From positions 54,250,001 through 54,314,000 of the forward strand of contig NC_042998.1 in assembly GCF_006345805.1 (NCBI RefSeq): DNA of 64,000 bases. Direction: 5' to 3'. This stretch comes from Octopus sinensis. Lineage: Eukaryota. Position numbers and translations under genes: made by a program. Below are positions 51,456-64,000 of the stretch, piece after piece; position 1 is the stretch's first letter, and each line of letters starts with the position of its first letter. The notes beneath the pieces are model-generated. The model saw only the letters and a program-made list of their open reading frames with translations, had not been told where the DNA came from and ran no database searches.

Positions 51456-52575
51456 TAGAAGGAATTTATATTTTTACACTCTTTTGACCACAGCTACTTG
51501 TCTCGCCACCACATGATGGTTGTAAATGAGCATCATTACCAACTTACAAGTGAGATTCTTTGTTTCCAATCTTCTATGAAAACCTTGTCAAGCAATGAGC
51601 CTGCTTGGAAACACGTAAAAGTTAGCAACAAGGACATCCAGCAGTAGAAATTTTGACTCAGCAAAGTCTGTCTCACCCATATAAGCATGAAAAATCATCG
51701 TCGTTGTCCTCCTCCTCACCATCATCATCATCACCCTTTAATGCCTGCTTTCCATGCTGGCATGGGTAGGATGGTTTAACCAGAGCTAGCAAGCAGGAGA
51801 GCTGCACCAGGTTCCAGTCTGATTTGGCTTGGTTCATACTGCTGGATACCCTTTGTAACACAACCCACTTCACAGTATGTGCTGGGTGCTTTTAATGTGA
51901 CACTAGCATGGGTACCCTCATGTAGCACTGGCACAAGTGCTTTTTATATGGCACCAGTACAGGACTCTAACAGGCCAATCGTTTTCACCAGCGGGGAGTG
52001 GCCTTAACACTTCTGTTCAGGAGGAGAGGTCTTCTTGGAAAAGTGGACGTTAAATGTCCATGGGTAAGACAGTTTGACTGGAGATAGTAAGCAGGAAAGC
52101 TACACCAGGCTCCAGTCTATTTTGGCTTGGGTTCTATGGCTGGATGGCCTTTCCAATGCCAATCACTGTACAGCGTGTACTGGGTGTCCTTTATGCGTCA
52201 CCAGTATTGATACATCACCAGCACTGGATATGAGCATGACCATGATTTCACTTAGTTTGACATGCCTTCTCAAGCACAGCAATTTATTAGAAGTCCTGGT
52301 CACTTGTATTTAAAAAGAGAACACATCAGATGACATAATTCTAGATACACAATGCTTGCAAAAAATTTTTTTAATTAAAGAATATAAAAAACAAAACGAA
52401 GATAGAACATCATGAAGTATATTTGCCACTTAAATGTGGCTAACCCCTAAGGGTGGATGCTACTGTGGCTTGTAGCCCCAGGAGGACACCTCCTCCAGCT
52501 GGCTATTGACACACTTTCTGTGCTCTATCAGTATTTGCAAAGGGAAGCCATCCTTCCTGTCTTCAACCTATGATA

Positions 52576-52620
52576 CACACAGACTCGAGTTTCTGGGTAT
52601 CGACCCGTCATCAGCGTGTG
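52576..52620 (-). ncRNA. Near-canonical type I minimal hammerhead ribozyme motif
   Basis: CACACG-CUGAUGA-C-GGGU(CGAU)ACCC-A-GAA-AC(UCGA)GU-C/UGUGUG. 6-bp stem I, perfect core, palindromic ACUCGAGU stem III, GUC triplet. Only C10.1-A11.1 is mismatched. Confidence 0.8.
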
Positions 52621-54517
52621 ACAATCACGAGTTGTCGATGGAAAGTAGGCCTCCCTTTGCAAATATATATCCTTTTTCCAGTGACGAAAAGTCACTGATA
52701 TCGAAAAAGTGTAAACAAGCAATAATAAATCTCTGAGCGATTGCTTGTTTACACAAGCTACTGTTTATACCTCACTCAGAGATTTATTAAAAACAGAACA
52801 ATCTCACTTGTAATATCTTTGATTATATGACTGCTCCTTTTGGGCTAACCAGGGGCTAAATATCATCAGTATCACCATCACTGCCACCACCACCACCACC
52901 AACAATATAATGGCTATAACAAACTTCAAACTTATAACCAGTAATGTTCCACAGTATCATCTCAGCTTATGATTTATAGACAGACACTGCTATAGAATTG
53001 CAATATGTTAGATAAGCTGCCAGAAACTAAATCATATACAGCTGGTTGTGATAGATCTTTATTTATGTTTTTTCTGTGTGTTATTTGATTTAGATCTTTT
53101 TTTTTTCTTAATTTGCAGATTTTATTCACAAAAATCATGGCTTGTTATTCTTATTTCTTTAGATCAACAAAATAAAAAAACAAAGCCAACACACACACAC
53201 ACACACACACATATGTGTATGTATGTATGTATTGATTGCAGCTTGTTTCTGATTAAATATGCAAACATTTCCTTGAAGCAAGTCACATTCACAACAATGT
53301 TTTGCCATAATCTATGGCTTCTGATAGCTTGATGATACTGATTAAAGAAGCAATTATAGCCAATTATTGCCCTTAGAATAATGGCATTATGGCATCACAT
53401 TATACCAAGCCAAATTCACTCGCTTCTAATGATGTGTAGGGATACAACAGAACAATACCTAATTAGGTTGATATGATGGCTGTGAAGCAGAAACAAAATA
53501 CAAGGGCTCTTCGATTCTAACTTAGTATAATAATGGACAGATGATTCTGTCAGCTGAAATGGTCCATAGGGGGAAAAAATAAGAGGGGGGAATCATTGAA
53601 TTTTCTGATGTTGAATCATTAAAAACAAGGCAAAGCAAAACAAAAGATGGATGAAATTAATAACAGATAAAAATATTGATAATAGCATAATTTGATTTGT
53701 AAATGATCTATGATCAAAGGAGTTTCAGCCATGACTACCATTTCTTCTTCTTTTTTTGTTGTGTTTTTCTTATTTCTTTCTAAGCATAAATCTTTATTTT
53801 CTTTTTAAAGCAGGTTACATGGGAGAAAATAAATCTATCTTGACTTTTAAAACAATGTTTTAATAATGAAATCTATAACTGTGATAATGTGTAAATCAAT
53901 AAACCACTAGAACCATGCTGGCTATTGATCTGAAACCAGTGACCTGAGACTAAAAATAATTTGTCTTGAAACATACTTTTTTTTTTATAGACCTGTTTTT
54001 TTTTTCTTATTTTAATTTTTTTTTAAATAAAATTTTTACTTTTCAAATTTTTTTTTTCCAATGTTAACATGTTTAAAGTAGTTCTAATAAATGTGCATTG
54101 TGCAGAGCATTAGAAGAAAAATCTCACAGTAAGACTATTCATCTTCTTAACACTTGCTACTTACATTTATGGCTAGCAATGATACTGACTTGGTTACCTG
54201 AACAAGCAGAGTAATTAGCAATGTCTAAAAGCAAAATTTCAACACTTGTGGAATCTTCATACAATTTACTTGAAGACAGAAATCAGTCAATGTTACTTAG
54301 ATGTATTATATTTTCAAGATATATAATGAATTTTTTTTTTCTTTTTTTTTTTTTGCAAACAACCCAACAAACCAGCCTCATTAGTGTCATCACTAAAAGA
54401 TCAATTTATAGAGTGAAGTTTTACAGCTAGGTTCAGTTCTCAGCCACAACCTCAATTTTGTTATATAAGCCTGCAGCTACAATTCACATATAATATAACC
54501 AAGTACTATCAGTACTT

Positions 54518-54758
54518 CAGGGTTGGCGAAAGCGATGTGGTAGACAACGAAAAACCTGACTGATGACAGTCAAGGCTGATCTGGAACCCAACCTAGGCCC
54601 CCACATCTACGGCATTTGCCACTGGAATAAGGAGTGGTTGGAGATCACGCGGTCGTTAGCCTCAACTCACTATGCCTGGTCGGCGTTTGTGAGAGATGCA
54701 GCATTGAGGATGAACGAAGCCAGCTCCACCCATTCCGGGTGAATGCTGTAAGAAGAAT
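54518..54758 (+). mobile_element. 5'-truncated RTE-type LINE with a 17-bp TSD
   Basis: QGWRKRCGRQRKT*LMTVKADLEP...AWSAFVRDAALRMNEASSTHSG*, tail taagaagaat. TSD aagtactatcagtactt at 54501-54517 and 54759-54775. Confidence 0.85.
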
Positions 54759-55629
54759 AAGTACTATCAGTACTTTATTAGTTTTATAAAGTATTGACGG
54801 TAAAGCTTATAAGGGTTTACCAACACCAGTAACAGAACATTGTGTTTTGTTTGGGCTACGGTGAATCACCAGTAATGATATGTCACAAAACCTAAACATA
54901 AGTAGAGTACAATGACCATTAAAGTCTATCCCTTCTGTTAACCTATCAGTTTAGATATCCAGCTGGAGATGCCTCTTTACAGTGTTACACAACAGCAACA
55001 GCAACAAAGCAGCAAAGACAAACATACTGTTATAAGCTATAAGTTGTTGAATATGCTAAACCATCAGACTGCTACACAGCTGAAAAACAATATGGACTAA
55101 CACTTATAGAAAAATTTATTTGTAAATGGAGGAAAGAGGAGACAAATGAAAACAGAAATGGAAAAGCATAAACCTAGTCGTCATCATCATCAGCATTTAA
55201 CATTTGTTTTCCATGCTGGCATGGGTTGGATGGCATGACAAGAATTGTCAAGGCCAGGAATCACACTAGGTTTCATAGTCTGTTTTTGGCTTGGTTTCTA
55301 TGGCTGGATGCCCTTTCTAATGCCAACCACTTCACAGAGTGTACAGGGTGCTTTTTACATGGCACCATCACTAGTGTTTTTTAAGTGGTACCAGTATGAG
55401 AACCAAATTTCGCACAAGTAAAGAAATACAAAATTACAGATTTATATTTGTCAAAATAGAGGATGTAAAGCAATCATGAGTAAATTGGGACTTTCTGAAA
55501 GACATGTCTGGCAAAAATTTACCATGATATGTTTTTAGTAGGATAGCCCATCTGATGATGAACCATGTCTAATGCAGGCTGCTTCTCACAAAAAGTTGCA
55601 CATGCTTGGTGCAGCCTCAGCACAGACGA

Positions 55630-56010
55630 TAATATGTGATAATATGTGAGGGAAATATATTAGCAAATGAATTTGCTGTACTTTCATCTTCATCTTGGTG
55701 GTACTGTTTCAAGGAAAGGTATGAGAGTAAGATTTTTGAAGTGTATGAAGAGATTCTGAAGTTTCACAAACATGAGACATACACCATGAAAGACACTAAT
55801 TATGAAATAATGCAAATAGGTAATATATATGAAGTGCTGTTAACATTTGATGGCCCATGATATAACATTGTTGAAAATAAAGCTGCATAGACAGTGACTA
55901 AAAAAAGCAACTGGGCATGTAAAAACAAAACCCCATTATACTGTTGTCTGATCCTGTAGAGCAGACAGCACAAAGCTTCCACTTTTATTAATCTCTGAAT
56001 GAAAATCAAA
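55630..56010 (+). mobile_element. Decayed pogo/Tigger-like transposase fragment
   Basis: SSSWWYCFKERY resembles F.AS.GW...FK.R; ltFDgp...thYTVvls..ad.tKLPlllI resembles the DDE_1 pogo core. A probable 3' end ggaaatacag|ta lies at about 57931. Confidence 0.5.
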
Positions 56011-57190
56011 GCCCAAGGAAATTATCCTCTCTAATGTTCTATTTCATATCCATCACTATGCATGGAAGTGGAGGATGAGACAGGGTCAAACCAGCTGGAA
56101 GAAATATGGTGTCTGTGTGATCAGCTGAAGAAGTTATTATTTCTAGGGAAGGATAAATTCCAATCACACAAAATGAAACAATAAATACAAAACTTCAGCA
56201 ATTAGAAATTAAATAAAGTTATCATTGGTGGGTTAACATTGCAGTTACAACTACTTGATATTGCAATCAACAAGTCATTCAAATATTTTATGTGACAAGA
56301 ATGGAATAAGTGGATGGCTGCTGGGAATTTAATAACAACATCATCATCGTCATTTAACGTCCACTTCCCATGCTTGCATGGTTTAGATGGTTTGACTGGA
56401 ACTGGTAAGTTGGATAGCTGCACCAGGCTCTGATTTAGCATGGTTTCTACAGCTGGATGCCTTTATAATGCCAACCACTCCAGGGTGCTTCTTACATGAC
56501 ACCGGCAATGGACACAGCTATGATTTCATGGATGCCATGATTACAATTTCAGTTGGCTTGATGAATCTTCTCAAGCACAACATATTGCCAAAGGTCTCGG
56601 TCACTTGTCATTGCCTTCAAAGTGAATTACATTTTGTATAGATGTTTAGTAGGTGAGGTCCCTATTAGTGTCAGTGAGGGGAGAAACGGAGGCATGTGGC
56701 TCAGTGATTAGGGTTTTAGACTCATGATTGTTAGATTGTGGTTTTGATTCCTGGACCAGGCAATGCATTGTGTTCATGAGCAAAACATTTCATTTCATAT
56801 GATCCAGTCCACTCAGCTAATGATAAGAAGTAGTCCTGTAATGTACTGACATCCCATCCAGTGGGGAATATATATGTCACAGAAACCAGGAAGTAGGCCA
56901 CATTATTCTGTATGCCTATATGGTTCAGGAAGAAGCTTTATACTTTGTTCTTCAGGGTAGAAATATAGACAAAGCATTAGAAAATGTGGAATCAGTAATG
57001 GGATGGAATGGTACTGCAGGTGAACTTCTCTATAAAGATAGTAATAACCAAGAAGCAGGTAACAGTGATGACAGTGGTATAGAGAAGAGCAATAATTAAT
57101 TTGTTAATAGACATTATATTACAAGTCAGGAAATACTTTAATTGACTCCTCTTCTCATACACAATCAATATCCTACTGAATATACTAAAA

Positions 57191-57596
57191 CAGTGGTTCC
57201 CAAACCTTTTATTGAAAATAAGTTTTGCCACTGACCCCATTTAATAGGTTTATCCTTATGTGTATGTGTGTGTATATATATATATAAAGTTAATCCAAAC
57301 AAGAAAGCACAAAAAAACACAACAACGTGAGGACGTGGAACAAATATAGTATTAATGGACACTCAGGAAAGAAGGAAAGAAGGAGGGTTTAATGTTTCGA
57401 GCGGAGCTCTTCATCGGAAACATAGGAGAAGGAAAGATCCAGAGAAGGGAAGACAGAGGAAAAAAAATCGCCAACGGTACACACGCGGTCACATATATAT
57501 ATATATGTATATGAAACTTTGGAGTTAGTTCACAGACCTCCAGTACTACCTTTGCAGACCACCAGGGGTCTATAGACCCCAGGTTGGGAACCACTG
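57191..57596. mobile_element. hAT (Charlie-like) MITE with a nested Penelope-like piece
   Basis: TIRs cagtggttcccaa / ttgggaaccactg; TSD tactaaaa / tactagaa. Insert about 57270-57510. Confidence 0.75.
57387..57421 (-). ncRNA. Minimal hammerhead-like motif with one CpG-type mutation
   Basis: GUUU-CCGAUGA-A-GAGC(UCC)GCUC-GAA-AC-AU-U/AAAC. Restoring G16.2 gives the loopless palindromic stem III ACGU. Confidence 0.55.
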
Positions 57597-58640
57597 TACT
57601 AGAATAATGACTGCATCACAGTGGTCGCCACAATATATAATAGAGATCAGTGGAGTATACAGGTAGATGAGAACTGGCAATACATTTGAAACACTTGCAC
57701 AAATAGTTAGGATGTAAGCATGCCCTGTACACAGTTCATAGTAAGCATGTTTGGCAATGGTGCACTAGATTTTGTTAATGTACCAACTATTTTATTCCAT
57801 AATAGAGATTTTTGCAAAATAAATTTTTCATAACATATTCACAAATTGTAAAATTTATTTTTTTCCTTAACAAACTATAATTATAGGGAGTGTCTTATCA
57901 CTTGTAGCATCTTATGAACCAGGAAATACAGTAATTAATTCCAAGAATACAGCATATCATTAACTTTACACCAATAATAGTCTACATCGATAAAAATTAG
58001 TCAATAACGTTTGCAAAATTGAATAGGCTTGTGTGCTACAAGAAGAGGCCCTTTAACAGAGAAGAAATGAGAAGAAGCACATTGGCTGTCTAATTGGACA
58101 CATTACAACGCTCAAACATGTTCAGCCACACATAACACTAGTTTCTCAGTTTCTGTAACGTATATATTTTTCACTCTCTCTGTAGAAGCATATCTGAGTA
58201 TCCCACATGACTTGCAGAGGTGTCATGATTTTCTGAGGCCATGATATGTAAAAAACTTGCACGTTTTTAATATGCTGCAGGAGTTAATAGAAAAGTTGGT
58301 AATGTAAAATGTATGTACCCATCGTTGTTTTAAAACAATTTTAACAAGCTTATTTTGTTTTAAGTGACAAAAACATTGAGAAAGCTAATGGTCAGCTGTA
58401 AAACATTTAGCATCTTTTTATAGTATACTGTGGATTGGCCTCTAGTAAATAGCAGCCAATTCTGCCTCAAATTATATCCCACCATATTAAAAAAGAACAC
58501 GTTGGATAATGTGGCTTTAGATGTCTGAAAACAACTTTAAAAAAACTGGTAGGTTAGAGTGTCTATACTCATTAGTGTGACCAAGGGCTAAGTGTCAAAA
58601 TATCTAATCAATTCTGCATACTTGGATTGATTTTTACTAA

Positions 58641-58857
58641 TTCTTTTACTTACTTCAATCATTTAACAGCAGCCATGCTGGAGCACTGCCTTAAAGGGAT
58701 TTAGTCAAAGAAATTGACCCCAAGACTTATTCTTTGTGAGCCTAGTACTTATTCTATCCATCTCTTTTCACCAAACCACTAAGTAACTAGGACATTAAGA
58801 CACCAGCATCAGTAGTCAAGTGATGGTGGGGGGACAACCACAGACACACATATAAAG

Positions 58858-58908
<51 letters not shown>

Positions 58909-59084
58909 CATACGTATACATACACTGGGCTTCTTTCAGTTTCTGTCTACCAAATTCACTCACAAGGCTTTGGTTGGCCTAAGACTATAGTAGAAGACAC
59001 TTGCCCAAGGTGCCCTGCAGTGGGACTGAACCCAGAACCATGTGGTTGGGAAACAAGCTTCTTACCACACAGCCCTGCCTGCAC
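58641..59084 (-). mobile_element. Near full-length SINE family A
   Basis: Reverse-complement head at about 59040-59084, internal (TA)n, tail at about 58641. Confidence 0.85.
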
Positions 59085-59332
59085 TTACATATTATTTCTA
59101 GACTATGATGAGAGGAAATTACAAGCAGTCTCCTGGCACATCTAAATAAGAACGCCTGTGCAATGTGACAATCCATATAACCAAAACTAGCGGATGTACT
59201 ATAATGATGAATGAGAAGATGCAAATTTTATATTGCTCCAACACTTCCTGTTTTGGTTAGTATTAGTCAGTATGTTCTACAAATTATTCTTGTCAGTTTG
59301 TATTTTTCTTGTTCAACTTTGATTGTGTAGAC

Positions 59333-59590
59333 CCGTGGTTCTTAACCATTTTTTGCCTCTGGATCCCTTTGATTCCTATTTTACTCTGCTGGAGATCCAT
59401 AGTCATTTGATATACATATTAAAAAATTCTATCATATTTTTACAATTAAATATTATTAGGGAACTTTCTTGAAAATCGTTAAAAAATGTTGTATTGTAGA
59501 AAAAGAAGCAATTTATTGTGCGTAAATTTTAAACAACAAAATCTCATATGGACACCCAAGGGCCATATGGATCCTGGTTGAGAACCACTG
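59333..59590. mobile_element. hAT (Charlie-like) MITE
   Basis: TIRs ccgtggttcttaacc / ggttgagaaccactg; TSD gtgtagac / ttgtagac. Confidence 0.8.
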
Positions 59591-61007
59591 TTGTAGACCA
59601 AGAATGGGAAACCTTTTAAGAAAAGTGGGCCACATGAGACATAGTTAATCATAAGATTGGCCACACCACTAAAAAAAGTAATGGTAATTTTTTTTTGTCA
59701 GGCATGCAATTCAGAAACCTCTACAGGTTGCTGGTTACACAAGACTGGCTTTGACAATAGAGTGTAATTTCAGTGGTTAATGGTTGTCCTTTCAAGCAAG
59801 TTGAGTGATAACATGAAGGCTTCCTCTTTAGATGAGTTTATTCTGTTTACTCATTTTTATGGTTAAGTGAAGTTAAATGTATGCCTCAGTGTTAGACACT
59901 GGACAATTTCCAATTTTACACCACCTTGAACTGTGTGAAGAAGTGTGTTGGTTGCCCTAATCTAAAACATTTTTATCCTCCAATAAAGGACTCTCAAACA
60001 TTTTCAACTACTTTGCAAGTATGCACTTCCTTGTCACATATAGCCTGCAAAGGTGCTGTGATTTTCTGAGGCCAAAATATTTGGAAAACTTGCATGTTTG
60101 TAATGCGCTGCTGGAGTTCATGCATGCTTCTTCATGTCAAAGTTGGTAAAGTACAATGTACGTGTGTGCTAGACATGGCTAATACACGACACACTTCTGA
60201 TTGGCATCACTGCAATCTATATACACAAAGAATTTTATCCATCCACTTCAATATAATAATTACATTGTCTTGGTCTGTGTGTTTCATTTTGGGGAAGGAA
60301 GAACAGGAATGAATAAGAACAAGAAAAAGAGAAACAAAGAAGCGATACAAATAAATAATGTAAAAGAACAGAACAAAACAGAATGAATACAGACAAAGAG
60401 GAAGATAGATAGAGAGAGATAGACCAATAGACAAACAGATTATGAGAGAGAGAGAGAGAAAGAATGAAAGGAACAGAAGGAGAGAAAGAATGGAAAATAT
60501 GATACAAATGGTGGTAGCAATGATGATAGAGATAAAGATGGTGATGATGATGATGATAGAGATAATGGTGTTGCTACTGAGATAACTAATGATGATGGTC
60601 AATATGTAAAACACACTGAATGCAAAGATTCCGAGAGATCAGCCAAGAAAGGCATAATTTACACAGCAGACAAACAAACATGCAGGTTTGGACGATATGA
60701 ATACATTCTTAATCAAGCTTCTTAATTTAATCTGAGGTCAATGGAGTTTGATCTGATGAAAGCTGGAAAGATTGTATTGTGATGGATAAAAGGATGCTCC
60801 ATGCTAATATTGATGTTGTACTCGTGTGGCAGGAGTTACATAAAAGAGAAACAAAAGAGCGAAGCAAGTGAAACAGTCACACTCTATGAACCAGAATACT
60901 TCAAAGATATCAGAAAATCAGCGAAAGAAAAGAAATAGCAAATATTTTGTTACTTGCAAATATACATATCTATATATAAATGTATAAAGCCCATTATTTA
61001 TGTCTAT

Positions 61008-61076
<69 letters not shown>

Positions 61077-61502
61077 TAGACGTACATACATGCATATATA
61101 TATTGAATTTTATATACATGTATGTGTGTGTGTATGCATATAAATATCTATGTAAATGTACATGTGAACGCATAAATACTCACATCCACACATACATAAA
61201 GCCACCTATGTATCATGTTTAATGTATACACATAACTAACGCAAATCAATGATGTATATACATTAAGTATGATACATAGCTATTTTCAATGAATACTGCT
61301 TCAATTTCATATACCAGTTATACACACACATACATGCACACATACACACACAATATATACTTACGTATACAAGTAAGAAGATCAAGTAAGCTTCAAAAAT
61401 ATATTGTAAATGTAATAACAAAAAGAAAAATGACAACACACAGAGGAAAAGTTTCAATAAATATTGTATTAGTTTAATGCTTAAAAAAGGGAAAGGCAAG
61501 AG

Positions 61503-61538
61503 ACTTAGCATTTTGAGCATTAGTCCTTCATCAGGAAA
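61503..61538 (-). ncRNA. Strongly degenerate hammerhead-like motif
   Basis: UUUC-CUGAUGA-A-GGAC(UAAU)GCUC-AAA-AU-GC-U/AAGU is colinear with the 57387 motif, but its stems are eroded. Confidence 0.3.
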
Positions 61539-62389
61539 AAAGCATAGGAGTAAGAAAGTGGGGTTAAAACTTAGGTAACAAAAATGGTTCTATGGTGAGA
61601 GTTAAGAATGGAGGAGGGGCAGGAATGCTCAGTTAGACCACTGTGTGTGGTGTTTAGGACATATATGTGTATGTGTGTAGAGGTGTGCAAGTGCAGAAGT
61701 ATAGTGGCATAAGTTATGTGTTGGTGATGTGTTGGTGAGAGTGTATAATTGTACCATGTGTGTGAGCAAATGTGTAAGTTAGGAGATGGAAGTGGGAATG
61801 AGCTTGAGGTAAAACAGAAGGCGAGAGGAATGTGGCAGGTGGGATAGAAGTATGTGCAAAGGTATCGGTGTAAGATGCTGTTGCACAGAAACAAGGCATG
61901 ATTACGGGAATGAAAGGTGGGAATTCAAAGTGGAAAAGAAGTGAGAGAAGAATAAGTAAAAACTTAGAGAAAAGTTATTACAATCCAACACTGGTGTAAA
62001 CAATAGTTTTGTGTGTGTGTGTTCTGTGAAAGAAGAAAATTAGTGAGGCAGATGGAAGGATGAGAAGAGTATAATAGAGGTGGGTGCACATGTCTGAGAG
62101 TAAATGGAAGGAAGAAATGAAGAAATGCAAAAACAGAGAGGAATGTGCATGATCAAAGGAATAAAGAGGAGAGATAGGAAAATAATAGTAAAGGTGGAGA
62201 CAAATTAATAACAATACAATGTTAATATAAAAAGAATTACAAGTTCTGTGTGGGAAGTAATTTAAAGACAATACAAAACAACACTGATGAAAAGTTTGGT
62301 GGGGTTTATGCAACTGGTGTAAAGTCCAGGGAGGTAGGAATGTCCACAGTTTTGTGAGGAATTTGATAGCAGTAGATGAGTGATTATAA

Positions 62390-62780
62390 ACCACTGATCA
62401 AAATCAAATGGAAATTGTAGTTGTGGCCAATGCCAGTGCTGCCTGACTGGCTCCTGTGTTGGTGGCATGCAATAAGCACTGTTCATGCGTGGGTCGTAGC
62501 CAGTTCCACCTGAGTGGCTCCCCGTGCCGGTGGCATGTAAAAAGCACCATCTGAACATGGCTGATGCCAGTGCTGCCTGACTGGCTCCTGTGCCGGTGGC
62601 ACATAAAAAGTACCTGCTACACTCTCGGTGTGGTTGGCGTTAGGAAGGGCATCCAGCTGTAGAAACATTGCCAGATCAGATTGGAGCCTGGTGTGGCCTC
62701 CTGACTTGCCAGTCCCCTGTTAAACCGTCCAACCCATGCCAGTATGGAAAGCAAACGTTAAATGATGATGATGATGATGA
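62390..62780 (+). mobile_element. SINE family C with duplicated internal module
   Basis: gccagtgctgcctgactggctcctgtg occurs twice and there is a (GAT)n tail. Further degenerate copies at about 63170-63450 and 63510-63720. Confidence 0.75.
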
Positions 62781-63038
62781 TAGAAGAGAAGAAAAAGGGG
62801 AAAAAATTAATTACATGGCTGGTAGAGTCTAGGTGGAAAAGAAAATCTTTCTTAAACAGAAGAGTAAAGTGAAAGGGAGTTAAGAAATATAGAAACAAGA
62901 TGAAAGTGTTGGTGAAGAGATGTGTGTGTGTGTGTGTATGCATGAGTGTGTTAGAGAGCTGAGAGTGAATTACCATAGTAGCAAAGGGAGGAGGAATGTG
63001 TGAGTGAGAATATGTGTAGATATGTGTGCATTCTTGTT

Positions 63039-63107
<69 letters not shown>

Positions 63108-63735
63108 GCATGCAATGTCATCCATATATACATATATATACTTCCCAGCAGAAATATTAAGACTAGTACCTCTGATGGTAACAAGCACTCATTGTGGTGC
63201 CATGTAAAAGTGCCCTAAGGTGCCACATAAAAGCACCCGTGTAATGTCACATAAAAGAGGCCATGTGGTGCTATGTAAAAGTACCAAACACACTCTATAA
63301 AATGGTTGGTATTAGGAAGGGCATTCACTCATAGAAACCATTCTAAATCAGACTGGAGTCTGGTGCACCTACCTAGCTTGCCAATTCTAGTCAAACCATC
63401 CAACTCATGCCAGCATGGACAACATATGATAAATGATGATGATGATGATGATGATGGTGATATGCACATATACATACATATAAGTTTTACATGTTGACTC
63501 ATGAGTTACGTGTTAACTTCAGTAGTGATGGTGACACATAAAATGCACCCAGCACACACGTTAAAATGGTTGGTGTTAGGAACAGCATTCAGCCATAGAA
63601 ACCTAGCCAAAGCAGACACTGGAGTGTGATGCAATTCTTGGACTCATAGGATCCTTGTCAAATCATCCAACTCATTCCATAATGGAACATGGATGATGAT
63701 GTCGACGACAATGATGATGACAGCAATGATCATGA

Positions 63736-63788
<53 letters not shown>

Positions 63789-64000
63789 CATGCAAACACA
63801 CACATACAGACTTGATGTGGTCGAAATTCCAATGAATGAGTCATGTTTCCAGGCTAGAAACTGGCTCCTTCTCCATTGGTGAGAAATTTGGAAAATAAAA
63901 CCAAGAACAAATGAACAGATAAATTTATGTATGTACGTCGGTATTTATGTGCGTACGTACGTATGTATTTACATACATAAACACAGACATACAAACATGT

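Overview
AT-rich, microsatellite-dense animal DNA; the SINE families resemble those I recall from octopus (inference, not searched). I can support only one host gene: two minus-strand exons of KATNIP/KIAA0556 (12452-12510 and 8125-8235), joined by an intron with U12 (minor spliceosome) signals. The rest looks intronic: tRNA-derived SINEs, RTE-tailed SINEs, V-SINE-like copies, MITEs, LINE remnants, a Helitron-like and an LTR-like element, and a near full-length Tc1-type element with DD36E spacing. The most notable unannotated signal is at least eight type I minimal hammerhead-ribozyme-like motifs from several sequence families, typical of Penelope-like elements. The best preserved are at 52576-52620, beside interleaved inverted repeats, and 7790-7848, sense-oriented in a KATNIP intron. 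Nearly all ORF-track entries are microsatellite or repeat translations. Repeat boundaries are approximate unless TIR or TSD positions are given.
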